Assembly: GCA_019347715.1 (NCBI GenBank)
Contig: JAHWKU010000002.1
Location: forward strand, 211,510-275,509
Direction of reading: 5' to 3'
Length of the DNA stretch: 64,000 nt
DNA from: Actinomycetota bacterium
Lineage (GTDB): Bacteria; Actinomycetota; CADDZG01; JAHWKV01
Both the position numbers and the translations under genes were made by a program. Shown here piece by piece: positions 40,865-50,003 of the stretch (position 1 is its first letter; every line of letters starts with the position of its first letter). The notes under the pieces were generated by a model. That model saw nothing but the letters and a program-made list of their open reading frames with translations, did no database searches and had not been told where the DNA came from.

Positions 40865-42140
40865 TCAGCGGACCTGACGCTCGATCCACTCGCGAACCTG
40901 AATGTCGAGTTCGTATTCCGTCAGACCGAAGATCCTTTGGAGGGCTTCGACCGTGACTTCGGATGACAATCCCTGAAGCGCGTCGCGGCTCTGTGCATTG
41001 GTAGCTCCTTCCGGAATCTGCGCGTAGATTCGTTCGGCGGGCACGTCGGCGTATGAGCGATAGAAGCTCCAATACGCATCAGCCCCGAATTTCTCCACGA
41101 GGTGATACGCGGCGGCTGCTGCATACGCGTATTCCAGAGAGGCAGTCCGGCCGGTTACATCGTGACCGCCCAGACTTCCCGTTCGGCTCAACTGTGCGAA
41201 TGAAAGGGTGTCGAATCTTCCATTCCTTACTCCGAACCGCCAGGTGTCTCGTGGCCTGGAATCCGAAAGGAACAACGCCGCGGATTCGCTCACCCAAGTT
41301 GGAGTGAACGGCCTCGTATCTCTGGATAGAGCCAGATGCCCGAGTTCGTGCTGCAGGGTCTCGAGCGCAGACCCGGTCGAATGCAGTGCCTGGAGGTTAA
41401 CGACTATGTGCCGGCTTCTAACTGCAATTGAATCGGGTGTGATCTGGTATGTGGTCTCGGCCTGTGCTATCGATGAGACGGGGGAGTCGCTAGCCGCCAG
41501 CACGTCGTATTCCGCTCGATCTCTGGCCAGGACGATCAGGTATGAGGCTTCCAGCGGATAAGTCACTTTTGGAGCGAGCTGGTCCCGTGCCCTCTTTGCG
41601 ATTTCGAAAGTCCTCGTGGGATTTGGCAATCCCGGGCGAAACATCGCCAGAAAGACGTCGAATCGAGTGTGTTCTATCGGACCGGTCAACCACGGTGGCT
41701 TCGGTGCATCCGCCTGCACCTGGGCGGCGGAGATAACCCAGCTTCCACCCTGTTTCACGATGTCATAGGCAAGCGCTAGGTTGAAAACATTGTCGTCGGG
41801 GAGTCCGTCATATAGGTAGGCGAGGTCCACGCTCGCACCTGTGAACTGGCCGTCAACCGGTGCGGCCGAGGGACGCAGCCTCAGCGAGAAGCCCCGGCTC
41901 GGAACCGAGAGAATCGATTGAGCGAGATGTCTTTCTGCCTCGCGCGCCTCCGGGGTCATGGGGGAAAGAAACGCTTCGACATCTCTTTGTTCCAAGGCGG
42001 CTGCTCTTGCATGCAGCATCTGCTGAACCTCCGAGCGCGGGGTCGGGACGGAAGTCCTCGGCTGCTCCGGAGCGATGACCGCGCATGCCTGAAGGGCTAA
42101 CGCGACAAGAAGAAATGCGATTCGAAGATGAAGCCTTGGG
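40865..42140 (-). CDS. Putative lipoprotein with gluzincin/peptidase-MA-like domain; start unresolved
   Basis: Signal-like RIAFLLVALALQAC, HELGH...PTWVSES; no canonical start near the signal peptide. Confidence 0.7.
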
Positions 42141-42791
42141 TTACAGCTGTCGGAGTATCGCGACGACCTTGCCGAGGATCCTGAGATCTTCGGGCGCTTC
42201 GATGGGCTCCATGGTTGGATTCTGTGGGACGAGGAGAATCCTTCCGTTGTCTCTCTTGAGGGTCTTGACAGTTGCTTCAGCCTCTCCGGTCGGCCCCCCG
42301 ATCTGAGCGGCCACGACATCTCCGTTGCCCGCATCAGGCTGCGCACGGATCACGGCGAGATCGCCTTCAAGGATACCGGCCTCGATCATGCTGTCGCCTT
42401 TTATCTTCAACACAAAGTGTGGAGTGTCATCGACGAACTCACTCGGGAAAGGAAGTATCCCTTCATGCATCTGCTCGGCCAGTGAGGTGGGCCCTGCCGC
42501 GATCTGGCCGTAGACGGGGAGGTTGCGAACGGCCGGGCGATCCTCTGCAACTCCGGCATCTCTCATCCATCGAACTTCAATGGCTCTTGGCTTTGTTGGG
42601 TCCCTTCGCAGATATCCCTTTTCCTCGAGGGTCTGGAGATGGGCGTGCACGGTGCTCGGTGAATGCAGGCCGACCGCCTCGCCAATCTCGCGAACTGCCG
42701 GGGGATACCCCCTGCCCTCGACGGTCTGAAGGATGAAGTCGAGGATGTCCTTTTGCCGCTGGGAGAGGTCGGAGCCGTCCATAGGTGTCAT
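42141..42791 (-). CDS. lexA: SOS repressor LexA
   Basis: GYPPAVREIG, RDPTKPRAI, IAAG cleavage site, GDSM, EATVK. Confidence 0.96.
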   Translation of the reverse strand: MTPMDGSDLSQRQKDILDFILQTVEGRGYPPAVREIGEAVGLHSPSTVHAHLQTLEEKGYLRRDPTKPRAIEVRWMRDAGVAEDRPAVRNLPVYGQIAAGPTSLAEQMHEGILPFPSEFVDDTPHFVLKIKGDSMIEAGILEGDLAVIRAQPDAGNGDVVAAQIGGPTGEAEATVKTLKRDNGRILLVPQNPTMEPIEAPEDLRILGKVVAILRQL

Positions 42792-42803
42792 GGTCTTTGC
42801 CTT

Positions 42804-42928
42804 TCGAACTCTTGTACGGGGCAGTGTAGGCGAGGGGGAGTAAAAATACAAACACCTGTTCGATTTAAAGTTGACTTTCGAACATGCGTTCCCTAATATC
42901 GGGCGTATGGCTCCAAACGTACGTTCGA
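42804..42928. promoter_or_regulatory. Cluster of LexA boxes and a SigA promoter between divergent lexA and the LysM gene
   Basis: Boxes at 42804-19 (degenerate), 42848-63, 42878-93, 42913-28; TTGACT(42871)-N17-TAATAT(42894). Confidence 0.85.
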
Positions 42929-43179
42929 CCCTACGGCTGACCGTGGTTGTGCTGCTGGCCGGGATCCTCCTAGGCCTGCTCGCCCCGACTCTGTTCGCCT
43001 CGAGCGAAGTCGCACCTGCACGTACCCACGAGGTGAAGGCCGGAGATACCCTGTGGCAGCTCGCAGCTACCTACGCTCCAGACGAGGATCCGAGACGATT
43101 CGTGTTCGAGGTCCAAGAACTGAACGGGCTAGACGGGGGCCCCCTCCTGCCCGGACAGAAGCTCATCGTCCCCAGCTGA
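42907..43179 (+). CDS. LysM membrane protein, probable SOS division inhibitor (YneA/ChiZ-like)
   Basis: TM segment then LysM HEVKAGDTLWQLA...PGQKLIVP; divergent from lexA and probably leaderless. Confidence 0.85.
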   Translation: MAPNVRSTLRLTVVVLLAGILLGLLAPTLFASSEVAPARTHEVKAGDTLWQLAATYAPDEDPRRFVFEVQELNGLDGGPLLPGQKLIVPS

Positions 43180-43261
43180 GGGGACCTGGGGAAACTTTTC
43201 TTCCCTTTCTCCCATAAGTCGCTTGACAGCAGGGGGTAACAGCGGTGTAATTTATCAACCC

Positions 43262-43308
43262 ACCCAAGATGTGGTCTTTCCCCGAGTCTGTACCACTATA
43301 TCTTGTGG
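43262..43308 (+). promoter_or_regulatory. Tandem NrdR boxes
   Basis: ACCCAAGATGTGGTCT (43262) and CCACTATATCTTGTGG (43293), 31 bp apart, downstream of TTGACA at 43223. Confidence 0.85.
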
Positions 43309-43367
43309 TTCGGGTCATTTTAGGGGTTCCCAGCCCTGGTGGTTGAGGACAGACAAGGAGGGCTTCC

Positions 43368-46112
43368 GTGGCAAAAACCAGGTCAGAGATCTCGCGAGCG
43401 ACCGGCGAAAGACTCCGCGTTGAGCGCTTCTTCACTTCATCTGGGGTCGACCCATACGACCTTATCGAGTGGGAGTCGCGCCACGCCCTCATAGGAACCC
43501 CCGAAAAGATCGCCTTCGAGCAGAAGGATGTGGAGTTTCCGAAGACCTGGTCCCAAAACGCCACCAACATCGTTGCCCAGAAATACTTCCGCGGCCCCCA
43601 GGGCACGCCGCAGAGGGAGGGCTCGGTCAAGCAGATGATCGATCGGGTGGTCAATTGGTACACCGACAAGGGGATCGCGGACGGCTACTTCGTTGAATCG
43701 GAAGGTGTCGATGCATTTCGAAGCGAGCTCAAGCATCTCCTCGTGAACCAGTTCATGGCTTTCAACTCACCGGTCTGGTTCAACGTTGGCCTGGTGGAGC
43801 CGCCTCGAGTAAGTGCCTGTTTCATCCTCGACGTCGCAGACGACATGCGTTCGATACTCAACTGGTACGTTGAGGAAGGGCTCATCTTCAAGGCCGGCAG
43901 CGGCGCCGGAATCAATCTCTCCAGGCTGCGTTCGTCAAAGGAGCAGCTCTCATCCGGAGGCCAGGCCTCCGGCCCCGTGTCGTTCATGAGGGGGGCCGAC
44001 GCCTCCGCCGGCACCATCAAATCTGGAGGCTCAACACGCAGGGCCGCAAAGATGGTGGTTCTCGATGCAGATCATCCTGACGTCGAGGAGTTCATCTGGT
44101 GCAAGGTCCGGGAGGAGCAGAAGGCGCGCGCACTTCGCGAAGCGGGATTCGACATGGATCTCGACGGGGCAGACTCCAACTCCCTGCAATACCAAAACGC
44201 CAATAACTCCGTCGGTCTGAATGATGAGTTCATCAAAGCCTTCACCGAAGACGGCGACTGGGAACTAAAGGCGGTCAAGGACGGTCGTACCGTCAAGACC
44301 TTGAGGGCGAAAGACCTCATGCGCCAGATCGCTCAGGCTGCTTGGGAATGCGCCGACCCGGGCGTGTTTTATCTGGACACCATGAACAAGTGGCACACAT
44401 CACCGGCGGAGGGGCCCATTCGAGCCACTAACCCCTGCGGTGAATTCGTTCGCCCCGCGAACACGAGTTGCAATCTCGCCTCGCTTCGTTTGACCAAGTT
44501 CATCGATGGCCAAGGGGACTTCGATGTGGAAGCGTTCGCGGCTGCAGTCGAGACCACACTCACCGCGATGGACGTCTCGGTGACGAATGCTGAATATCCG
44601 ACGGACCAAATCCGAGAGATGGTCTCGCAGTATCGCGAATTGGGGCTCGGATACACCGATCTCGGGGCCCTGCTGATGGACAACGGCATTCCATACGACT
44701 CCGACAAGGGCCGCGCATGGTCGGCGGCAATAACAGCGCTTATGGGGGGAGTGGCCTATCGCAGATCGGCCGAGATCGCTGCGGCAGTGGGCCCGTACCC
44801 GGGATGGACAAAGGAAGGAAATGCGGAGGCGCACCTGGATGTGATCCGCAAACACATCGAGGCTCTCGACGGCATCGATGAAGGGTTGGTCCCGCCCGAG
44901 ATACTGGAGGCAGCCCGGCGTGCATGGGCTGAGGCACTGGAGCTGGGAGAGGCCAATGGGTATCGAAACGCCCAGGTCACTCTGATTGCCCCTACTGGGA
45001 CCATCTCATTTTTGATGGATGCAGATACCACCGGCATCGAGCCAGATCTTGGGCTCGTGAAGACGAAGAAGCTCGTCGGCGGAGGGACGATGAAGATCGT
45101 CAACCAGCGAGTCCCCAGTGCTCTGAAGCGCCTTGGGTACCAGCCTGAAGAGATTTCAGAGATCGTCTCTTACATAAGCGAGAACAACCATGTCGAAGGA
45201 GCTCCATTCCTAAATCCGGAGCACTACGCAGTATTCGACTGCGCAATGGGGGAGCGCGTCATCCACTACATGGGGCACGTGAAGATGATGGCAGCCGTCC
45301 AGCCGTTCTTGAGTGGGGCGATCTCGAAGACCGTCAACATGCCAGAGGACGTGTCGGTCGAAGACATCGAGAAGCTCTACGTGGACAGCTGGGCCATGGG
45401 GCTAAAGAACCTCGCCATCTATCGTGACAACTGCAAGGTTGGTCAGCCCCTTTCTGTCGAGAAGAAGAAGTCGGCAGCCGCCGCAGGCCCCGGGGGCCAG
45501 GTGACGCCGCAGCGTCGCAGGCTTCCTCGTAAGCGACCTGCGCAGACGATGTCGTTCAAGGTGGCGGATTGCGAGGGCTACGTGCAGCCAGGGGAGTACC
45601 CCGAGTCGGGCGAGCTGGGTGAGATCTTTCTCAAGGTCTCGAAGCAGGGAAGCACGCTGTCGGGAGTGATGGATGCCTTTGCCATCGCAATTTCGATAGC
45701 GCTGCAATACGGAGTCCCACTAAAGGCGTTCGTGGATAAGTTCATCAACATGCGCTTCGAGCCGTCGGGTATCACCGATGATCCGGACTTCCGCTTCGCA
45801 ACTTCTATCGTCGATTACATCTTCCGGAGATTGGCTGCCGATTACCTGACGGATGAGGAAAGGGAATCGCTCAACATCAAAACCACCGAAGAGCGCCAGG
45901 CTGTCCTCGACGGTGGCGTGGTTCCTCAAGGCAATGGGCATGGGAATGGCAATGGAAATGGTCATGGTGAAGGGGAGATGCTTACTGTCGGGAAAGGGCC
46001 GGAGCTCGCCAACAGAGATGCCCCTCTTTGCTACACATGCGGCATCTCCATGCAGCCCGCCGGCAGCTGCTTCGTATGCAACTCTTGCGGAACCACCAGC
46101 GGCTGCTCCTGA
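43368..46112 (+). CDS. nrdJ: Class II (B12-dependent) ribonucleotide reductase
   Basis: FNSPVWFNVG, SACFI, TNPCGE, APTGTIS, C-terminal TSCPD and Zn-ribbon region. Confidence 0.95.
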   Translation: MAKTRSEISRATGERLRVERFFTSSGVDPYDLIEWESRHALIGTPEKIAFEQKDVEFPKTWSQNATNIVAQKYFRGPQGTPQREGSVKQMIDRVVNWYTDKGIADGYFVESEGVDAFRSELKHLLVNQFMAFNSPVWFNVGLVEPPRVSACFILDVADDMRSILNWYVEEGLIFKAGSGAGINLSRLRSSKEQLSSGGQASGPVSFMRGADASAGTIKSGGSTRRAAKMVVLDADHPDVEEFIWCKVREEQKARALREAGFDMDLDGADSNSLQYQNANNSVGLNDEFIKAFTEDGDWELKAVKDGRTVKTLRAKDLMRQIAQAAWECADPGVFYLDTMNKWHTSPAEGPIRATNPCGEFVRPANTSCNLASLRLTKFIDGQGDFDVEAFAAAVETTLTAMDVSVTNAEYPTDQIREMVSQYRELGLGYTDLGALLMDNGIPYDSDKGRAWSAAITALMGGVAYRRSAEIAAAVGPYPGWTKEGNAEAHLDVIRKHIEALDGIDEGLVPPEILEAARRAWAEALELGEANGYRNAQVTLIAPTGTISFLMDADTTGIEPDLGLVKTKKLVGGGTMKIVNQRVPSALKRLGYQPEEISEIVSYISENNHVEGAPFLNPEHYAVFDCAMGERVIHYMGHVKMMAAVQPFLSGAISKTVNMPEDVSVEDIEKLYVDSWAMGLKNLAIYRDNCKVGQPLSVEKKKSAAAAGPGGQVTPQRRRLPRKRPAQTMSFKVADCEGYVQPGEYPESGELGEIFLKVSKQGSTLSGVMDAFAIAISIALQYGVPLKAFVDKFINMRFEPSGITDDPDFRFATSIVDYIFRRLAADYLTDEERESLNIKTTEERQAVLDGGVVPQGNGHGNGNGNGHGEGEMLTVGKGPELANRDAPLCYTCGISMQPAGSCFVCNSCGTTSGCS

Positions 46113-46156
46113 TCTAGAACCAGCACCCGCTTAGGATGAGGGCGGAGGTGTAGGCA

Positions 46157-46645
46157 GTGCGATGTCCGTTCTGTGGTCACGATGATGACAGGGTCGTGGA
46201 CTCGCGCACTGCCGAGGATGGACGCGCCATCCGAAGAAGGCGCGAGTGCGAGTCCTGCGGCCGCCGTTACACGACCTACGAGAGACTCGACGAGGTGCCT
46301 TTGATGGTAGAGAAGCGAAACGGCGTCTCGGAGACCTTCGACAAGGAAAAGCTGACGGATGGGATTCGAAAGGCCTGTAAAAACCGGCCCGTCTCGGAAG
46401 AGGACATCGAACGGCTCGCGGATGATGTGGTGGAATCCCTGCTCGCCGATGGCGGCAACGTCGTGACCACCGCCGACCTCGGGAAGGAAGTCCTGGAGCG
46501 ACTGCGCGGACTCGACGAGGTGGCATACCTTCGTTTTGCCAGCGTCTACAAGGACTTCAAGGAGCTCACCGACTTCGAGCGTGAGCTCGGCATGCTCCAG
46601 AAGAAATATCCTCCGAAACCTCGCGCGGAGGCCCCCAACGCATGA
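46157..46645 (+). CDS. nrdR: Transcriptional repressor NrdR
   Basis: CPFC...[13 protein letters not shown] cone, YLRFASVY. Confidence 0.96.
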   Translation: MRCPFCGHDDDRVVDSRTAEDGRAIRRRRECESCGRRYTTYERLDEVPLMVEKRNGVSETFDKEKLTDGIRKACKNRPVSEEDIERLADDVVESLLADGGNVVTTADLGKEVLERLRGLDEVAYLRFASVYKDFKELTDFERELGMLQKKYPPKPRAEAPNA

Positions 46646-47106
46646 TGGGCCCAGGTAAGGATCGTGATAAGGCGATCGAAGCTTTGATAACCCGGTTGGA
46701 TAAGGATCTGCCGCTTCCCTCTCACGCGCATGAAGGCGACGCCGGCTTGGATCTGTTCTCCGCAGAGGACGTTTCACTCAAGCCTGGCGAGAGAGCTCTC
46801 GTTTCGACCGGCATTGCCTTGGCGATCCCGGAGGGTTTCGCAGGTTACGTTCAACCACGTTCGGGGCGAGCGATCAAAGAGGGGCTTGGGATCGTCAACA
46901 CTCCCGGCCTGATTGATTCCGGGTACCGGGGAGAGGTGCGGATAGCAACGATCAATCTCGATCTCGAGAGCCCTATCCACATCCGGCGCGGAGAAAAGAT
47001 TGCTCAGCTCGTCATCCTTCCCGTGCCGAAAGTGACCCTGAGGGAGGTTGCGGACCTCCCCAGCTCGGAGCGCGGAACCGGAGGATTCGGGTCCTCGGGG
47101 GCCTGA
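46642..47106 (+). CDS. dut: dUTP diphosphatase
   Basis: [28 protein letters not shown]. Confidence 0.95.
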   Translation: MMGPGKDRDKAIEALITRLDKDLPLPSHAHEGDAGLDLFSAEDVSLKPGERALVSTGIALAIPEGFAGYVQPRSGRAIKEGLGIVNTPGLIDSGYRGEVRIATINLDLESPIHIRRGEKIAQLVILPVPKVTLREVADLPSSERGTGGFGSSGA

Positions 47107-47152
47107 CCCTCCCTCCTCAGATCCTCGCCCGGCTGGTAGGATTTTGGTTCAC

Positions 47153-47225
47153 GCGGACGTGGCTCAGTTGGTAGAGCACAACCTTGCCAAGGTTGGGGTC
47201 GCCGGTTCGAATCCGGTCGTCCGCT
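47153..47225 (+). tRNA. tRNA-Gly(GCC)
   Basis: GCGGACG acceptor stem, CAACC-TTGCCAA-GGTTG anticodon arm, GGTTCGAATCC. Confidence 0.96.
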
Positions 47226-47333
47226 CTCAACAGAATTGGAGAACTTCTCTAACGGAATTAGGTGGGAGCCTCCAAAAGGGTGCATTTCTCGCATATCGGC
47301 TTTTTTGCCACGGAGGAGTAGGCTACCGCCCGG

Positions 47334-48011
47334 ATGTGGGCACTACTGAGGGACATCCCTGAACCGGAAGTCAAAGAACTGCTCGCGTCCGCCGAGCGCA
47401 GGAAGTTCAGGCGCGATGAGGTCATCTTCCACGAAGGAGATCCGGCGGGATCCGTTCATCTCATCGACGCCGGCCGTGTGGCAATCAGATCGACTACGCC
47501 CGTGGGGGATGTCGCAACCGTCCATGTCTTTGGCAGCAAGGACTACTTTGGCGAAATGGCCCTGCTTTCAGAAGGAGGGGTAAGGAGCGCCTCGGCGATA
47601 GCCCTCGAGCCCACCCAGACCATTGCAATTTCGAGGACAGACTTCGACCGGCTTCGCTCCAAATATCCCCAGGTCACCGATGTTCTCGTCCGTTTGCTTG
47701 CCGACCGAGTCAGGGCTCTTACCACTAACCTGATGGAGGCCTTATACGTCCCAGCCGATCTGCGGGTTCTTCGGCGTGTGGTCGATCTGACTCAGGAATA
47801 TCGCACCGACCAAGACGGGATAGATGTCGTGATCCCAATGAAGCAGGAAGTGATTGCAGGGTTGGCCGGAACCTCTCGAGCGACTGTCAATAGGATCCTT
47901 CGGGAAGAGGAGAAGCGGGGCTCTCTCAAGCTCGATAGAGGCAGAGTGACGATCCGCGACCCGCACGCCATCTCCAAGCGCGCCTACCGTCATGGAGTGT
48001 CACGGGTTTGA
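47334..48011 (+). CDS. Crp/Fnr family transcriptional regulator
   Basis: cNMP domain FGEMALL...RSASA and HTH QEVIAGLAGTSRATVNR. Confidence 0.92.
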   Translation: MWALLRDIPEPEVKELLASAERRKFRRDEVIFHEGDPAGSVHLIDAGRVAIRSTTPVGDVATVHVFGSKDYFGEMALLSEGGVRSASAIALEPTQTIAISRTDFDRLRSKYPQVTDVLVRLLADRVRALTTNLMEALYVPADLRVLRRVVDLTQEYRTDQDGIDVVIPMKQEVIAGLAGTSRATVNRILREEEKRGSLKLDRGRVTIRDPHAISKRAYRHGVSRV

Positions 48012-48198
48012 CGTACCGGGAGTAATCTCCGTGAAAGAAAGATCCTTGCCGATCGCGTATGTTGAGCGCGGGGTTGGCGTCCGGGCTAGACGGTGACCCT
48101 TCGAGATGAGGGCCGGGGGTGAAAACCTCCCTGGCAAGCGGTTCGTCCTCCCGGCCACCTCATCTTGACGAACACCAGTGACTGCTATCCTTTTCAAC

Positions 48199-48279
48199 AT
48201 GACTGTCTTCTTTGAGTCACTCGAGCGCCGCATGGCGATGCCATCGCCCGGTCTCCGGGCACAAAAACGGCGTCCTTGA
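48199..48279 (+). CDS. Putative 26-aa metG leader peptide MTVFFESLERRMAMPSPGLRAQKRRP
   Basis: ATG lies 7 nt after extended -10 TGcTATCCT; internal Met-Ala-Met; followed by a terminator. Confidence 0.6.
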   Translation: MTVFFESLERRMAMPSPGLRAQKRRP

Positions 48280-48302
48280 TCTGATCTGAGTGATTCATCC
48301 AC

Positions 48303-48324
48303 GGCCGCCATAGGCGGCCTTTTT
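48303..48324 (+). terminator. Attenuator terminator before metG
   Basis: GGCCGCC-ATA-GGCGGCC-TTTTT immediately before the AAGGAGG RBS. Confidence 0.8.
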
Positions 48325-48338
48325 CATAAGGAGGCATC

Positions 48339-49901
48339 ATGACCAATCCCGCGCGATGGTTTATCTCGAGCTCTATCCCGTATGTGAACGCACGTCCTCA
48401 TCTTGGTTTCGCTCTCGAAATCGTTCAGGCAGATGCGCTGGCGAGATTCAGGAGGACGCAGGGATCGGAAGTCCACTTCCTCACGGGCACCGACGACAAC
48501 AGCCTGTCGAATGTTCGCGCCGCTGAGAACAACGGCATACCCACTCGGGAGTTGGTAGAGCGACATTCCGCAGCCTTTTTCGAGCTCCGTCAAGTTCTCG
48601 ATCTCTCATTCGATGACTTCATAAAAACTAGCTCGGATCCTCGTCATGCTCCGGCTGTTCATCGGTTGTGGCAGCTCTGTGAAGCCAATGGCGACATCTA
48701 TAAGCAGGCTTATCGGGGTCTCTACTGTGTGGGTTGCGAGGTCTTTTACAAAGAGTCCGAAGTTGACGAAGGTCGCTGTCCCGTCCATTTCTCCCAACTG
48801 GAGGCAGTGGAGGAGGAGAACTATTTCTTTCGCCTCTCCCGCTATCAAGACGCGCTGGAGAAGGCTCTCGAGTCAGATCGAGTTCGGATCGAGCCGTTGG
48901 AGCGCAGAAACGAGGCTCTTGGCTTCTTAAAGGCCGGGCTCGAGGACATAAGTATCTCCAGATCGAGTCAAAGGGCGCGCGGCTGGGGTATTCCGGTGCC
49001 GAGAGACGAAAGTCAGATCATCTATGTCTGGTTCGATGCTCTTGCCAATTACATCAGCGCGCTGGGTTATGCCGAGGACGCAGAGGCATTCGAGCGGTTC
49101 TGGCTCTCGAGTGATGTTCGAGCTCATGTCATAGGAAAGGACATCGTGCGCCAGCATGCCGTTTACTGGCCCGCGTTTCTCCTGTCTGCAGGGTTGCCTC
49201 TCCCGACCGTGATCTACGTCCATGGCTTTCTTTCGATCTCCGGACGCAAGATAAGCAAGTCCGTCGGAAGCGGTGTCGATCCGGTTGAGCTGGCTCGTGC
49301 GTATGGGTCCGATGCCGTTCGCTACTACCTGTTGGCTAAGGTTCCCTCACTCAAGGACAGTGACTTCTCCCTGCAAACCTTCGATCGCGTCTACCGATCG
49401 GATCTCGCCGACCAGCTCGGCAACCTAGTTTCGAGAGCAGTTGCGCTCGCGCGTAAGGAAGGCGGGATTGCTTCGTCCGACAGAGGGTTTCCCGAAGGTG
49501 CCGATCTGTTGGTTGAAGTGGCGCTGAATCTGCCCCAGGACATCGAGAGCTTCGTCGACGCCTTCGACTTCTCAGCAGCATTGGGCGCGATTTGGGCCTT
49601 GGTCAGGGAAGCCAACCGATTCGTCGTTGAGGCAAAGCCATGGGAGCGACCGCCTCAGTCCGAAGAGAGATCGGCCGTTGTCTATCTCCTCCTGGAAACT
49701 TTGCGCTGGGTAGCTATCCACCTCGCCCCGTTTCTCCCGGGGACGGCGACCGAGATTGCCGGAAGGCTTGGTCTGATCTCTCCCGGGGCCGAGGGGTTCG
49801 GCGAGGGGGCCTTTCAGGTTAGGGAAGCTGCGGTCGCTCTGTTCCCCAAAACAGGGACTCGTGCTCACATAGCGGAAGGAAGTGCCACTAACCGTGTTTA
49901 A
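48339..49901 (+). CDS. metG: Methionyl-tRNA synthetase (short form, divergent motifs)
   Basis: PYVNARPHLGF, GTDD, CVGC...CPVH knuckle, YVWFDAL, GKDI, KISKS. Confidence 0.9.
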   Translation: MTNPARWFISSSIPYVNARPHLGFALEIVQADALARFRRTQGSEVHFLTGTDDNSLSNVRAAENNGIPTRELVERHSAAFFELRQVLDLSFDDFIKTSSDPRHAPAVHRLWQLCEANGDIYKQAYRGLYCVGCEVFYKESEVDEGRCPVHFSQLEAVEEENYFFRLSRYQDALEKALESDRVRIEPLERRNEALGFLKAGLEDISISRSSQRARGWGIPVPRDESQIIYVWFDALANYISALGYAEDAEAFERFWLSSDVRAHVIGKDIVRQHAVYWPAFLLSAGLPLPTVIYVHGFLSISGRKISKSVGSGVDPVELARAYGSDAVRYYLLAKVPSLKDSDFSLQTFDRVYRSDLADQLGNLVSRAVALARKEGGIASSDRGFPEGADLLVEVALNLPQDIESFVDAFDFSAALGAIWALVREANRFVVEAKPWERPPQSEERSAVVYLLLETLRWVAIHLAPFLPGTATEIAGRLGLISPGAEGFGEGAFQVREAAVALFPKTGTRAHIAEGSATNRV

Positions 49902-50003
49902 CCTGCCCAAATGGCGGGAAAAGGGTGCGAAGAAAACCTAGTCCTCCCTGATTGTCCAGGGCGGAATCAGATCGGTGGGGCCGGCCGATCGAGAGGAGGA
50001 AAG

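Noticed and set aside
45930-45970. GNGHGNGNGNGHG tract in NrdJ as an intein or repeat element
   Set aside because: Short flexible linker with no intein motifs
48012-48338. T-box or SAM riboswitch upstream of metG
   Set aside because: No GGTGGNACC T-box sequence or recognisable SAM aptamer core; the leader-peptide model fits better
49902-50003. Second c-di-GMP riboswitch or sigma28 promoter before paralog A
   Set aside because: No aptamer core, and only weak promoter matches with wrong spacing
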